Shown: one piece after another, positions 47,740 to 61,549 of the stretch
How the letters are laid out: the number at the start of each line of letters is the position of its first letter
Numbering within the stretch: position 1 is the first letter of the stretch
Assembly: GCA_965240325.2 (NCBI GenBank)
Contig: OZ251240.1
Span: 1,426,001-1,490,000 of the forward strand
Source: Rebecca billardiae RCC1528
Lineage: Eukaryota > Protista > Haptophyta
Direction of reading: 5' to 3'
DNA length: 64,000 bases
The notes under the pieces: model-generated
What the model was told of the DNA's origin: nothing
Database searches by the model: none
What the model saw: only the letters and a program-made list of their open reading frames with translations
Made by a program: the position numbers and the translations under genes

Positions 47740-50700
47740 GCCGCTCGCCGACCGGCCGCCGCCGCTCTTCATGCTCGACATGGTGGTGAAGGACGGCGCG
47801 GTGGGCTGGCGGCAGCAGCCGGGCGCGTTCTCGGACGTGGTGATGGGCTCGTTCCGCAAGGCCGTCGACGCGTGCCTCGGCATCCCGCAGCTCGAGAAGG
47901 CGGTGATGGAGGGCCTCTTCTGGTCACACACGCCCACGCTCGTCACCCTCTCCAAGCACGAGGGCGTGCCGCCCGCCAAGGAGCGGCAGCTGCTCGGCGC
48001 GCTGGCGCGCGCGCAGCCGGCGCTCGAGGCGTACCTCGCGCAGTACGAGCCGTACGCCGCGTTCATCGCGCTCGACGTCGCCGCGCACCTCGACGAGTGG
48101 GACGCGCGCGCGGACGACGGCGCGCCGCTGCGCTCGGTGAGCGAGATCAAGGCGGCGGTGCGCGAGCACGCCGCCGCCGCGGACGAGGCGGAGGCGACGA
48201 TCCCGGCGGAGGTGGACCTCGGGCTGTTCGTCGTCACCGCGACGAGCGTCTCGCAGTTCGTCGCCGAGAAGCACCGCGAGCTCGCCAAGTCGCTCCTCCA
48301 GCTCGTCACCTCGCGCGTGCGCGCGGGCGCGCAGGAGCTGCACCGCGCGTTTGACGGCGTCGCCGGCACGCTCAACCGGCGGCCGCGCAACATCGAGGAG
48401 GTGGCGGAGCTGGAGGAGTACATGACGAAGGTGCCGGAGCTGCTGGAGGAGCTGCGCGTGCAGATCGACGGCGTGATGCGCGACCAGGCCGTGCTCGACG
48501 AGTTCGACACCTCGCTCCCCGACGCCGACTTCCGCGCGATGTGGGCGTCGATCGCGTGGCCCAAGAAGATTGAGGAGCGCATCGCCGAGGTGGTCGCCGA
48601 GTGCGTGACGAGCCGGGAGAACTTCGAGTCGGCGATGCTCGGCGACCAGGACGCGTTCGCGAAGGAGCTCGAGCAGCTCGAGCGCGTGGTCAACACCTTC
48701 GGCACGCGGCACACCGACCTCGCCAAGGTGCGCGAGGTCGCGGCGGACGTGGTGCGCATCCAGGAGCAGCTCAAGGGCTGCGAGACGAAGAAGCAGCAGT
48801 TCAACTCGAGGGAGGCGCTGTTCGGCCGGCCGGTGACGGAGTACGCGCAGCTGGCGAAGGTGGTGAAGCAGTTCGAGCCGTACGCCACGCTCTGGTCCAC
48901 CTCCGCCGCGTGGCTCTCGTGGCACGCCGAGTGGCTCACCTGCCCGTTCACGCGGCTCGACCCCGAGCGCATGCGCAAGGACCTCGAGGGCGCGACCAAG
49001 GCGATCGCAAAGTCGGTCAAGGTGTTCGCGGAGACGGCGCACCTGAACGAGATCTCGCGGACGATCCGCGACCAGATCGCCGAGTTCATGCCGCACATGC
49101 CGCTCATCGAGGCCCTGCGCAACCCCGGCATGCGCGAGCGCCACTGGGACAAGATCTCCGAGGTGGTGGGCAAGAAGATTGTCGTTGACGAGGCGTTCAC
49201 GCTCACCAAGATGCAGGGCATGGAGCTCGAGGCGCACGAGGAGCCGATCGTGCGCGAGTGCGACATCGCGGGGAAGGAGTTCCAGATCGAGGAGTCGCTC
49301 GACACGATGGAGGCCGCGTGGGCCGACGTCCACCTCGAGATCGTCGCGTACCGCGAGACCAAGACGTACGTGATGCGAGGCTTTGACGAGGTGCAGCAGC
49401 AGCTCGACGACCACATCGTGATGACGCAGACGATGGCCTTCTCGCCGTACAAGAAGGCGCACGCGGAGCGGATCGAGGCGTGGGAGGCGACGCTGAAGAA
49501 CATGTCCGACATCTTCGAGGAGTGGATCAAGGTGCAGCGCGCGTGGATGTACCTCGAGCCCATCTTCTCCTCCGAGGACATCATGCGCCAGCTGCCGGCC
49601 GAGGGCAAGCGCTTTGAGAAGGTCGACGTCAAGTGGCGGCGCGCGCTCGGCGAGGCGCACGACGCGCCGCACGCGCTGACGTTCTGCCGGAAGCGCGACC
49701 TGCTCGCGACGTTCCGCGAGGGCAACGTCCTCCTCGACCAGGTGCAGAAGGGCCTGAGCGACTACCTCGAGACCAAGCGGCAGGGCTTCTCGCGCTTCTA
49801 CTTTTTATCGAACGACGAGCTGCTCGAGATCCTCTCGCAGACCAAGGACCCGCGCGCGGTGCAGCCGCACCTGAAGAAGTGCTTCGAGAACATCAACGTG
49901 ATCGAGTTCCGCGCGGACCTCGAGATGGTCGGCATGTACTCCGGCGAGAAGGAGTACATCCCCTTCGAGTACGCGTCCAAGAAAGAGCCGCTCTACCCGC
50001 ACGGCAACGTGGAGGACTGGATGACGCGCGTCGAGCAGACGATGAAGGCGACGATCCAGCACCAGGTGTACTCGGCGGCGCTGGACTACAAGCAGCAGAA
50101 GCGCACCGAGTGGGTCAAGTCGTGGCCCGGCCAGATCATCCTCGCCGGCGCGGGCATCTACTGGTCCGACGAGACGGGCGCCGCGCTGCGCGAGCGCGGG
50201 CTCGCCGGCCTGACCGAGTACGCCGCCTACTACCACGGCGCGCTCATGGACCTGACCGAGCTGGTGCGCGGCGAGCTGACGAAGCTGCAGCGGATGTCGC
50301 TGGGCGCGCTGATCACGCTCGACGTGCACGCGCGCGACGTCCTCGAGTCGATGGTCACGCACGAGGTCTCCGAGGAGACCGACTTCAAGTGGATCTCGCA
50401 GCTGCGGTACGCCATCCCCGAGTGGGAGACGCCCGACTGCCGCGCGCTCGTCATCCAGGTGGACTCGACGTTCGACTACGGGAACGAGTACCTGGGGAAC
50501 ACGATGCGGCTGGTGGTCACGCCGCTCACCGACCGCATCTACCTCACGCTCACCGGCGCGCTCTCGATGACGCTCGGCGGCGCGCCCGCCGGGCCGGCGG
50601 GCACGGGCAAGACGGAGACGACCAAGGACCTCGCCAAGGCGCTCGCCAAGCAGTGCGTCGTGTTCAACTGCCAGGAGGGGCTGGACTACCTGGCGATGGG

Positions 50701-53700
50701 CAAGTTCTTCAAGGGGCTCGCCATGTCCGGCGCGTGGGCCTGCTTCGACGAGTTCAACCGCATCGACATCGAGGTCCTCTCCGTGATCGCGCAGCAGCTC
50801 TCGACGATCCGCACGGCGATGCTCGCGCACGCGCCGCGCTTCGAGTTCGAGGGCGGCGAGATCTCGCTCGACGCGACGAACGCGGTGTTCATCACGATGA
50901 ACCCGGGGTACGCGGGGCGCACCGAGCTGCCCGACAACCTCAAGGCGCTCTTCCGCCCCGTCGCGTGCATGGTGCCCGACTACGCGCTGATCGGCGAGAT
51001 CCGGCTCTACTCGTTTGGGTACCGCGACGCGCGCCGGCTCGCGCGCAAGATGGTCGCCACGTTCCGCCTCTCGAGCGAGCAGCTCTCGTCGCAGGACCAC
51101 TACGACTTTGGGATGCGCGCGGTGAACACGGTGATCCAGGCCGCCGGGCTCATGCGCCGCGACTTCCCCGAGATGGAGGAGGACCTGCTGCTGCTGCGCT
51201 CGCTCGGCGACTCGAACCGGCCCAAGTTTCTGGCGGAGGACATTGTGCTCTTCAACGGCATCATCTCCGACCTCTTCCCCGGCGCGGAGCTGCCCGCGCC
51301 GGACTACGGCGAGCTGCTGCCGGCGATCGAGGCGGCGCTCGAGGCGCTCGGGCTGCAGCGCGTCGACGCGTTCGTCGCCAAGTGCATCCAGCTGTACGAG
51401 GTGACCGTGCTGCGGCACGGGCTGATGCTGGTCGGCCCGACCGGCGGCGGCAAGTCGGCCAACAAGGAGGTGCTCGCGCGCGCGCTCTCGTCGCTCGAGC
51501 ACCTCGACAAGTTCAACCGCGTGCGGATCTCGCAGTGCAACCCCAAGTCGATCACGATGGGCCAGCTCTACGGCGAGTTCGACGAGAACACGCACGAGTG
51601 GACCGACGGCATCCTGTGCACGCTGTACCGCAACTGCGTGAAGGAGTTCTCCGAGGCGGGGCGCGAGGACCGGCAGTGGCTTGTCTTCGACGGCCCGGTG
51701 GACGCGCTGTGGATCGAGTCGATGAACACGGTGCTCGACGACAACCGGAAGCTGTGCCTCGTCTCGGGCGAGATCATCGCGATGACGCCGTGCATGAACA
51801 TCGTCTTCGAGGTCGAGGACCTCGCCGTCGCCTCGCCCGCCACCGTCTCGCGCGTGGGCATCATCTACATGGAGCCGCTGTCGTGCGTCGGCACGGCCGC
51901 GCAGACCAAGTCGTGGGCGGCGGCGCAGCCCGCGCTGCTGCAGCCGGTGATGGGGCGGATGCTCGAGCTGTGCGACGCGCTGCTCGACCGCGCGCTCGAC
52001 TTCATCCGCAAGAACGTCCGCCACTACGTCACCCCCGTGCTCAACAACCTCGTCGACTCGACGCTGCACGTGCTCGAGCGCTGCCTGGCCGACTTTGTGC
52101 CGGTCGAGGGCGTGTACGAGGTGGGCGAGGAGAAGGCCGCGCTGCTGCCCGCGACGGCGGAGCGCGCGTTCTTCTTCGCGCTCACGTGGGGCGCGGGCGG
52201 CGCGTGCAACGCCGACGGCCGCCGCCTCTTCGACGGCTGGCTCCGCCAGACCGTCGAGTCGGAGGAGCTCACCGGCGCCGCCGCGTTCCCCGAGGGCGGC
52301 GGCCTCGTGTACGACTACGCGCTCGACCTCGACACGAACGCGTGGCTGCCGTGGATGGAGACGATCCCGCCGTTCACGCTGGCGCCGACGACGCCGTTCG
52401 CCGACATCATCGTGCCGATGACCGACTCGGTGCGCTACATGTGGCTCGTCGAGCGCCTCCTCGTCGGCGGGCACCACGTGCTGTGCGTCGGCCCTACCGG
52501 CACGGGCAAGACGCTCAACGTGAAGGACAAGCTGATGACGCGCATGCCCGAGGCGTTCACGCCGGTGTTCATCAACTTCTCGGCGCAGACGACGGCGAAC
52601 CAGACGCAGGACCTGCTCGACTCGAAGCTCGAGAAGCGGCGCAAGGGCATCTACGCGCCGCCCGCGGGCAAGCGCTTCGCCGTGATGGTCGACGACGTGA
52701 ACATGCCCAAGCGCGAGACGTACGGCGCGCAGCCGCCGATCGAGCTGCTGCGCCAGTGGTTCGACCAGGCGGGCTGGTACGACCGGAAGACGCTCGAGTT
52801 CCGCAAGATCGTGGACATCGGGCTGGTCGGGTGCATGGGCCCGCCCGGCGGCGGCCGGCAGGTCGTGACCAACCGCTTCCTCCGCCACTTCAACTTCGTC
52901 GCGTTCCCCGAGCTGCAGGACGAGTCGGTCGCGACGATCCTGCGCACGATCCTCACGACGTTTGCGCACGCGCACCTGCCCGCGCAGGTGCACGGCGCGG
53001 TGGAGCCGATGGTGGGCGCGACGATCGAGGTGTACTCGACGATCCTGAAGGAGCTCCTCCCCACCCCCGCCAAGTCGCACTACACCTTCAACCTGCGCGA
53101 CATGGCCTCGGTCATGCAGGGCTGCCTGAGCGCAGACCCGAAGGAGATGCTGTCGCCCAACGACCTGATCGCGCTGTGGGTGCACGAGAACGAGCGCGTG
53201 TACTGCGACCGGCTGGTGTCGATGGAGGACAAGCACTGGTACGACGCGCTCGTGCGCCGCGTGGTGGGCGCGCGCTTCGGCGTGCCCTACGCCGACGTCG
53301 TGCCCGACGGCGCGCTCCTCCTCTTCGGCGACTTCATGGTGCCGGGCGCCGACCCGCGCGCGTACAACCGGATCGCCGACCGCAAGGGGCTCGTGCGCGT
53401 GGTCGAGGAGTACCTCGAGGACTACAACGCGGCGAACACGAAGAAGATGGCGCTGGTGATGTTCATCGACGCGATCACGCACGTCGCGCGCCTCTCGCGC
53501 GTGCTGCGCCAGCCCGGCGGCAACGCGCTGCTGCTCGGCGTCGGCGGCTCGGGCCGGCAGTCGCTCACGCGGCTCGCCGGCTTCATGCAGGAGATGGACG
53601 TCTTCCAGATCGTGATCTCCAAGAACTACGGGCCGGCGGAGTGGCGCGACGACATCAAGCGGCTGCTCTTCACGACGGGCGAGGAGGGCAAGCCCACGCT

Positions 53701-56700
53701 CTTCCTCTTCTCCGACACGCAGATCATCGCCGAGTCCTTCCTCGAGGACATCAACAACATCCTGAACACAGGCGAGGTGCCCAACCTGTTTGACGACAAC
53801 GACCACAACCGGATCCTCGCCGCGATGCGGCCCGTCTGCATCGCGGAGGGGCTGCCGCAGACGAAGATCGCGATGTACTCCAAGTTCATCAAGCGCGTGC
53901 TCGCGCACATCCACCTCGTCATCTGCATGTCGCCGCTCGGCGAGGTCTTCCGCACGCGGCTGCGCAACTTCCCCTCGCTCGTGAACAACTGCACGATCGA
54001 CTGGTTCCTGCCGTGGCCGGACGACGCGCTCAAGGACGTCGCGCGCGACGCGTTCGAGCCGATCGCGTCGCTGAGCGGCGAGGAGAAGGAGGCGATGACG
54101 CTGATGGCGGGGCAGATCCACCTCTCCGTCGAGAAGGCCTCGACCACCATGCTCGCCGAGCTCTCGCGGTACAACTACGTGACGCCCACGTCGTACCTCG
54201 AGCTGCTGCGCACGTACCGCGCGCTGCTCGGCTCCAAGCAGACCGAGCTGGCGACCGCGAAGAAGCGGCTGGTGAAGGGGCTGGAGAAGCTGGCGACGAC
54301 GGAGACGGACGTGGCGCAGCTGCAGACGCAGCTCGCCGAGATGCAGCCCGTGCTCATCAAGACCGCCGCCGACGTCGAGGAGATGATGGCGCAGATCCAG
54401 AAGGACAAGGCGGCGGCGGACGAGACGCGCACGGTCGTCGTGCGCGAGGAGGCGATCGCGTCGTCCAAGGCCGAGGAGTGCCAGGGGATCAAGGACTCGG
54501 CGGAGAAGGACCTGGCGGAGGCGCTCCCCGCGCTGGACGAGGCGGTGCAGTGCCTCCGCGACCTCAAGCTCTCCGACATCTCCGAGGTCGCCAAGTACGC
54601 CAACCCGCCGGGCGGCGTGAAGCTGGTCGTCGAGGCGATCTGCGTGATCCGCAACATCCCGCCCAAGATGGAGACGGCGTCCGACGGCAAGGGCAAGGTG
54701 GCCAACTACTGGGAGCCGGGGAAGAAGATGCTGAACGACGCGAAGGGGCTGCTCGACGCGATGTTCCAGTTCGACAAGGACAACATCCCCGAGCGCACCG
54801 TCTCGCGCATCGAGCCGTACATGGTCGACCCCAACTTCGAGCCGAAGAAGATCGAGTCGGTCTCCAAGTCGTGCAAGGCGATGTGCCAGTGGGTGCGCGC
54901 GATGTACACGTACCACCACGTGGCGAAGAACGTGGAGCCGAAGCGGCGCGCGCTGAAGGCGGCGCAGGAGGAGCTCGACGTGCTCACGGACAACCTGAAC
55001 AAGCTGCGCGCCGCGCTCAAGGAGGTCGAGGACAAGATCGCCGAGCTCGAGTTCTCGTTCAACCAGTCGGTCGCCAAGAAGGAGTCGCTGCAGCGGCAGG
55101 TCGACGACGCGACCGTCAAGATGGACCGCGCGCAGCGGCTGCTCGGCGGGCTGGGCGGCGAGAAGGTGCGGTGGCAGGAGACGGTGCAGCGCCTCTCCGA
55201 CCTCGAGACCTCGCTCGTCGGCGACGTCGTCATCGCCGCCGGCTCGGTCGCGTACCTCGGCCCGTTCACGGCGGCGTACCGCGCCGACCTGTGCGCGACG
55301 TGGCGCTCGCAGCTCGCCGAGCTGCGCGTGCCGTTCACCGAGGGCGCGACGCTGTTCACCACGATGAACGACGCGGTGAAGATGCGCGCGTGGACCATCG
55401 CCGGCCTGCCCACCGACGCGATCTCGATGGAGAACGGCCTCATCCTCTCGGCCGCGCGCCGCTGGCCGCTCATGATCGACCCGCAGGGGCAGGCGAACAA
55501 GTGGGCCAAGAACATGGAGAAGGAGCACCAGCTCGAGGTGATCAAGCTGTCGGACAAGGACTTCTTGCGCACGCTCGAGAACGCGGTGCGCTTCGGCAAG
55601 CCCGTCGTGCTCGAGAACATCCTCGAGGAGCTCGAGCCCGCGCTCGAGCCCATCCTGCTCAAGCAGACGTTCAAGCAGCAGGGCTCGGAGGTGATCAAGA
55701 TTGGCGAGAACATCATCCCGTACCACGCCGACTTCCGCTTCTACATGACGACCAAGCTGTCGAACCCGCACTACCAGCCCGAGGCGTCGGTGAAGGTGAC
55801 GCTGCTCAACTTCACGATCACGCAGGAGGGGCTGGAGGACCAGCTGCTCGGCATCGCCGTCGCGAAGGAGCGGCCCGACCTCGAGGAGACGAAGAACAAC
55901 CTCGTGCTCTCGAACGCGGCGATGCAGAAGCAGCTCAAGGAGATCGAGGACGAGATCCTCAAGCTGCTCTCGGAGGCGTCGGGCGACATCCTGGACGACG
56001 AGCAGCTGATCCACACGCTCGCGCAGTCCAAGGTCACCTCCGACGAGATCAACGTCAAGGTCGCCGAGGCGCGCACCACCGAGAAGATGATTGACGAGAC
56101 GCGCGAGGAGTACCGGCCGTGCGCGTTCCGCGCGGCGTTGCTCTTCTTCTGCGTCTCCGACATGGGGCGCGTCGACCCGATGTACCAGTACTCGCTGCCG
56201 TGGTTCGTCGCGCTGTTCACGCGCGCGATCGAGGACTCGGAGCAGTCCGACGAGATCGCCACGCGCCTCAAGACGCTCAACGACTACTTCACCTTCTCGC
56301 TGTACGAGAACATCTGCCGCTCGCTCTTTGAGGTGCACAAGCTGCTCTTCTCGTTCACCGTCTGCATCAAGGTGCTGATGGGCGACTCGATGATCGACCA
56401 CGAGGAGTGGCGCTTCCTGCTCGCCGGCACGGCGCAGGGCCAGCTCTCCGACGCGCCCAACCCCGCGCCCGAGTGGATCACCGCGCAGATCTGGACGGCC
56501 GTGCGCGCGCTCGCGCTGCTGCCCGCGTTCAACGACTTCGCGGACTCGTTTGTGGACTGCCTCGCCGAGTGGCGCGGCTACTTCGACGAGATGGAGGCGC
56601 ACCGCGCGAAGCTGCCCGCGCCGTGGGACGAGCGGCTCTCGTCGTTCCAGAAGCTGCTCGTGCTGCGCTGCGTGCGCGGCGACAAGGTCGTCCCCGGCTT

Positions 56701-59337
56701 CCAGGACTTTGTCTCCGAGCAGATTGGCCAGCGCTTCATCGAGCCGCCGCCGTTCGACCTGGCCGCGTCCTACAAGGAGTCGACGTACCTCGTGCCGCTC
56801 GTGTTCGTGCTCTCGGCGGGCGCGGACCCGATGGAGCACGTCGTCGAGTTCGCGGCGGAGATGAAGATGTCCAAGAAGTTCGCCGCCATCTCGCTCGGCC
56901 AGGGGCAGGGGCCCATCGCCGAGAAGATGATGCTGCAGTCGATGGAGCGCGGCGCGTGGGTGATGCTGCAGAACTGCCACCTCGCCATCTCGTGGATGCA
57001 CCGGCTCGAGGCCATCGTCGAGCAGTACGACGTGGACACGATGCACAAGGACTACCGGCTCTGGCTCACCTCGATGCCCTCGCGCCACTTCCCCGTCTCC
57101 ATCCTGCAGAACTCCGCCAAGATGACCAACGAGCCGCCGACCGGCGTCAAGATGAACCTGATGGGCTCCTACATGCCGATGACGGACGAGTACCTGAGCA
57201 AGTCGAGCAAGCCGACCGAGTTCAAGAAGCTGCTCTTCGGGCTGTGCTTCTTCCACGCGCTCGTGCAGGACCGGCGCAAGTTCGGCCCGATCGGCTTCAA
57301 CATCCGGTACGAGTTCACCACCTCCGACCTCAAGTGCTCCATGCTGCAGCTCGAGGCCTTCCTCGAGAAGTACGAGCACGTGCCGTACCGCGTGCTCGAG
57401 CACCTCACCGGCCACATCAACTACGGCGGCCGCATCACCGACGACTGGGACCGCCGGCTGGTGATGACGATGCTCGCGACGTTCATGGACGAGCGGATCC
57501 TGGACGACGCGTACGAGCTCGCGCCGGGCGAGCTCTACCGCTCGCCCCCCGTCGGCGCGCGCGCCGACTACCTCAAGCACATCTCGGCCATGCCGCACAA
57601 CCCGCACCCGTCCATGTTTGGGCTGCACGAGAACGCAGACATCGCGTGCGCGCAGGCGGAGACGAACGCGATGTGCGAGACGCTGCTCTCGCTGCAGGCG
57701 AAGGTGTCGGGCGGGAAGGGCAAGTCGAGGGACGAGATCCTCGCCGAGACGGCCAAGGGCATCCTCGACCGCGCCTTCAAGATGTTCGACATCGAGGCGG
57801 TGCGCGCGCTGCTGCTGCTGCTCGCCGCGCGAGCGCGAGCGCGAGCGCGCGCGCGCAAACATGCTCGCACGCGCGCGCGAGCGGTGCGGGAGAGCCGGGA
57901 GGGAGGGAGGGAGGGAGCGGCGGGGCGGGCGGGCGGGGCGCGCGGCGTGCGGAACGGGCGAGGGCGGGGCGAGGGCCGGGCGCCGACCGAGGGCGAGCGC
58001 AGGCCCGCGCGAGCGCGCGAGCTCACTGCCCTCTCCACGCGGCCTTCTCGGCACGCGCCGCGCGCGCCCGCGGCTGCCGCGCGACACCCACCCGCGCACG
58101 CACAGGTGGTGGCTGCGTACCCGCTCGTGTACTCCGAGTCGATGAACACGGTGCTCACGCAGGAGTGCAAGCGCTTCAACGGGCTGATCAGCGTGCTCAA
58201 CCGCTCCCTGCAGGTCCGAGCCCCGCGCCCCCGCCCGCCCTCGCCGAGCGCGCCGCCGCCGACGGCCGTGCGCCGCCGCCGAGCGCCGCGCGGGCCGCGG
58301 CGGCGCGCTCACCCGTGCCCCGCGCCGCGCCGCCCCGCGCCGCGCCGCCCGCCCTCCACCCCGCGCACCGCGCGCAGGAGCTGATCAAGGCGCTCAAGGG
58401 CCTGGTCGTCATGTCCGAGGAGCTCGAGGCGATGGCGACCTCGCTGTTCAACAACCAGGTGCCTTCCCTCTGGGCGGACAAGGCGTACCCGTCGCTCAAG
58501 CCGCTGAGCGCGTGGGTGCCCGACCTGCAGCGGCGCATCACCTTCCTCAAGAGCTGGATCGCCGACGGCACGCCCGCCGCCTTCTGGATCTCGGGCTTCT
58601 TCTTCCCGCAGGTGCGCGCCGCGCGGCGCGCGCGCGCGAGCGACGCGGAGCGGCGCGCTGAGCTGAGCCGAGCCGAGCCGAGCCGCCACGCGCGCGCGGC
58701 CCCGACGCGCGCGCGCGCGCAGGCCTTCCTGACGGGCACGATGCAAAACTACGCGCGCAAGCACGTGATCTCGATCGACACGATCTCGTGGGCGTACGAG
58801 ATGGTCGAGGTCGAGCCGGACAAGATCAGCTCCAAGCCCGAGGACGGGTGCTACATCCACGGCCTCTTCCTCGAGGGCGCGCGCTGGAACGCAGACACGC
58901 ACGCGCTCGACGAGTCGCGGCCAAAGCTGCTCTTCGAGGAGTTCCCCGTGATCTGGCTCAAGCCGGAGGCGGACCGCGAAAAGCCGACCGAGGGTGCGGC
59001 GCGCGCGCGCCCGCGCGCGTCCGCGCGCGCGCCGTGCCGCGGCGCGCGCGAGCGGCCGAGAGGGCGTCGGCGCGCGCCGGGCGCTGACGCGGCGCGCGCG
59101 CGCGCGTGCGCCCGCCCCCTCGGCCACGCGTGTGCAGGCATCTACATCTGCCCCGTGTACAAGACGCTCACCAGGGCAGGCACGCTGTCGACCACGGGGC
59201 ACTCGACCAACTTCGTCCTCTACGTCGAGCTGCCCTCGCGCGAGCCGTGCTCGGGCATGTACTCGCAGTACGTGGAGACGTACTCGGCGCACTGGATAAA
59301 GCGCGCCGTCGCCCTCTTCTGCAGCCTGAACTACTGA
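45962..59337 (+). CDS. DNAH1: Axonemal inner-arm dynein heavy chain, DNAH1-like; exons 45962-57799, 58106-58213, 58378-58611, 58723-58993, 59138-59337
   Basis: P-loops GPAGTGKT, GPTGGGKS, GPTGTGKT, GVGGSGRQ; coiled-coil stalk; C-terminal CPVYKT...HWIKRAVAL; N-terminal PGKTPRQIMIERQKR typical of the DNAH1 class. Four GT-AG introns keep frame. Confidence 0.93.
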
Positions 59338-59469
59338 CGACGACGACGATGCGCGCGCATATATATATAGATATATGCGCTGCTGATGATAGCTCAGATC
59401 TGATGATGAGGCGCGGCTGATGGTACGCGGCGCGATATTATCTGCTGCGCTCAGGTAATATTCGCGTCT

Positions 59470-60018
<549 letters not shown>

Positions 60019-61549
60019 AGCTGTAGCAGTATAGCATAAATATAGCAGCAGATATCAGCTTATTGCTGATATATATAATATATCGGATGCTGATCTGCTG
60101 CTCTAATAGTACGTAGTCGATCCGAGTCTGTCACGCACTCTGAGTCTGTCAGCCGAGTCGTCCGTAGACGTAGTCACGGTAGTGTGAGTCTAGGAGTGTC
60201 GTCTGAAGAGGCGGCTCGGCTGCGCTGCTGCTGACGATGCCGAAGTTATGTCGCATCATGTCGATCATCTGCTCAGACAATATACGACATGCGCTGCCTG
60301 CTGTGCCTCCGCTGGATCAGATTGCAGCAGCGCGCTCATCATCGTCAGCGCAGCACCGAGCACGGTCCGCGACGAGTCGTCATGCGACAGCCGAGACTTC
60401 GTCCGCGCCACTCGATCGTCTGACGAGCCCTTCGAGTTAGTTATACGGCTTACGCGGCCACTGATGCCGGCCGACGGACAGACCCCGGCGGCGACGGTAC
60501 GACGCGGCCAGTCGGCCATCGAGTGATGCCTGCTGCGTCTGCACTATAATATGTGGCGTTATAACGGAGTTATATAACCGAGTGTGTCGGGAGGCTGGAA
60601 AGGCAACGCGCAGCTGGTGGACAAGGGCCGCCATCGTCTTCTAGGTCCTGCAGGTAGTTGCAGTCGATTTCCGGAGCTCATCGGCCACGGAGCTATCCTT
60701 TATCATCATCATGGCGGGCGCTGGTCCTTTCATATCGGCCAACCACACTACTGGCTCCTCTGTAGTTAAGTACCCGCTCCTCTCCACTATCCGGCGCTCG
60801 AGATCATATCCAAGGTCATCTTAAGTCGGCGTGGCAACTTACCAAAGTTCATATCATTATCAAGCAGCCCACCTAGCAGAGCTCGCTCGATCATCGGTTA
60901 CACGACCTTTCGGGCCGAGCTGCTCAGCTCACTCGGCACGGCCCCTGATGCTTCGGCCTGCGCATCTGCAAAGCCCGAGGTCCAGTAGTACGCGTAGTAA
61001 AATAGTTGTATATATATATATATATTATATATAGCAGGCTATCCAGGCTTAGAAATAGATAGACGAAGTCGATCGCCACTGATCGATCGTCGTCCGAGCA
61101 GCACGGCCTCATCGATGCCGACGAGTGCCAAGCCTACCTGCCTGACTCGACTGGGCTGACGTGTAAACTCGCCGCCTCAGCAGATTCATCAGTTATATAT
61201 AGACCAGGCCACTGCGCTACGCGGTCCGCCGCCGCGCCCGCCGACGTCGCAGCGATGCCTCGGAGCCGCGTCACCCGCTGCGGTGCCGCCGCCGGGGGGC
61301 AGGTGCCGCCGGTGTGCCGCCGTGGCGCCGCCGGCGCCACGGCGGGCGCGGGCTGGCAGCCACGCGAGTGCCGAGATCGCTGCCGCGACGCTGGCCTACT
61401 GGTGGCCCCCTCGGAGGGCGGGCCGTGACCGTACTGTCTGGGTGGGCTGCAAGCAGCGCCGCCGCAGAGCGCCTCGCGCCGTGCGCGCCGCGCGGCGCCG
61501 TCGCTCGCAGGCTCGGCGCTCCGGGCGCGTGCGCCGCCGCGCCTGCGGC

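Noticed and set aside
46043-58312. Very long minus-strand ORFs (2835, 1208 aa) and the 1386-aa alternate-frame ORF over dynein; similar ORFs over other genes
   Set aside because: Shadows of extreme GC3 bias; no domain motifs.
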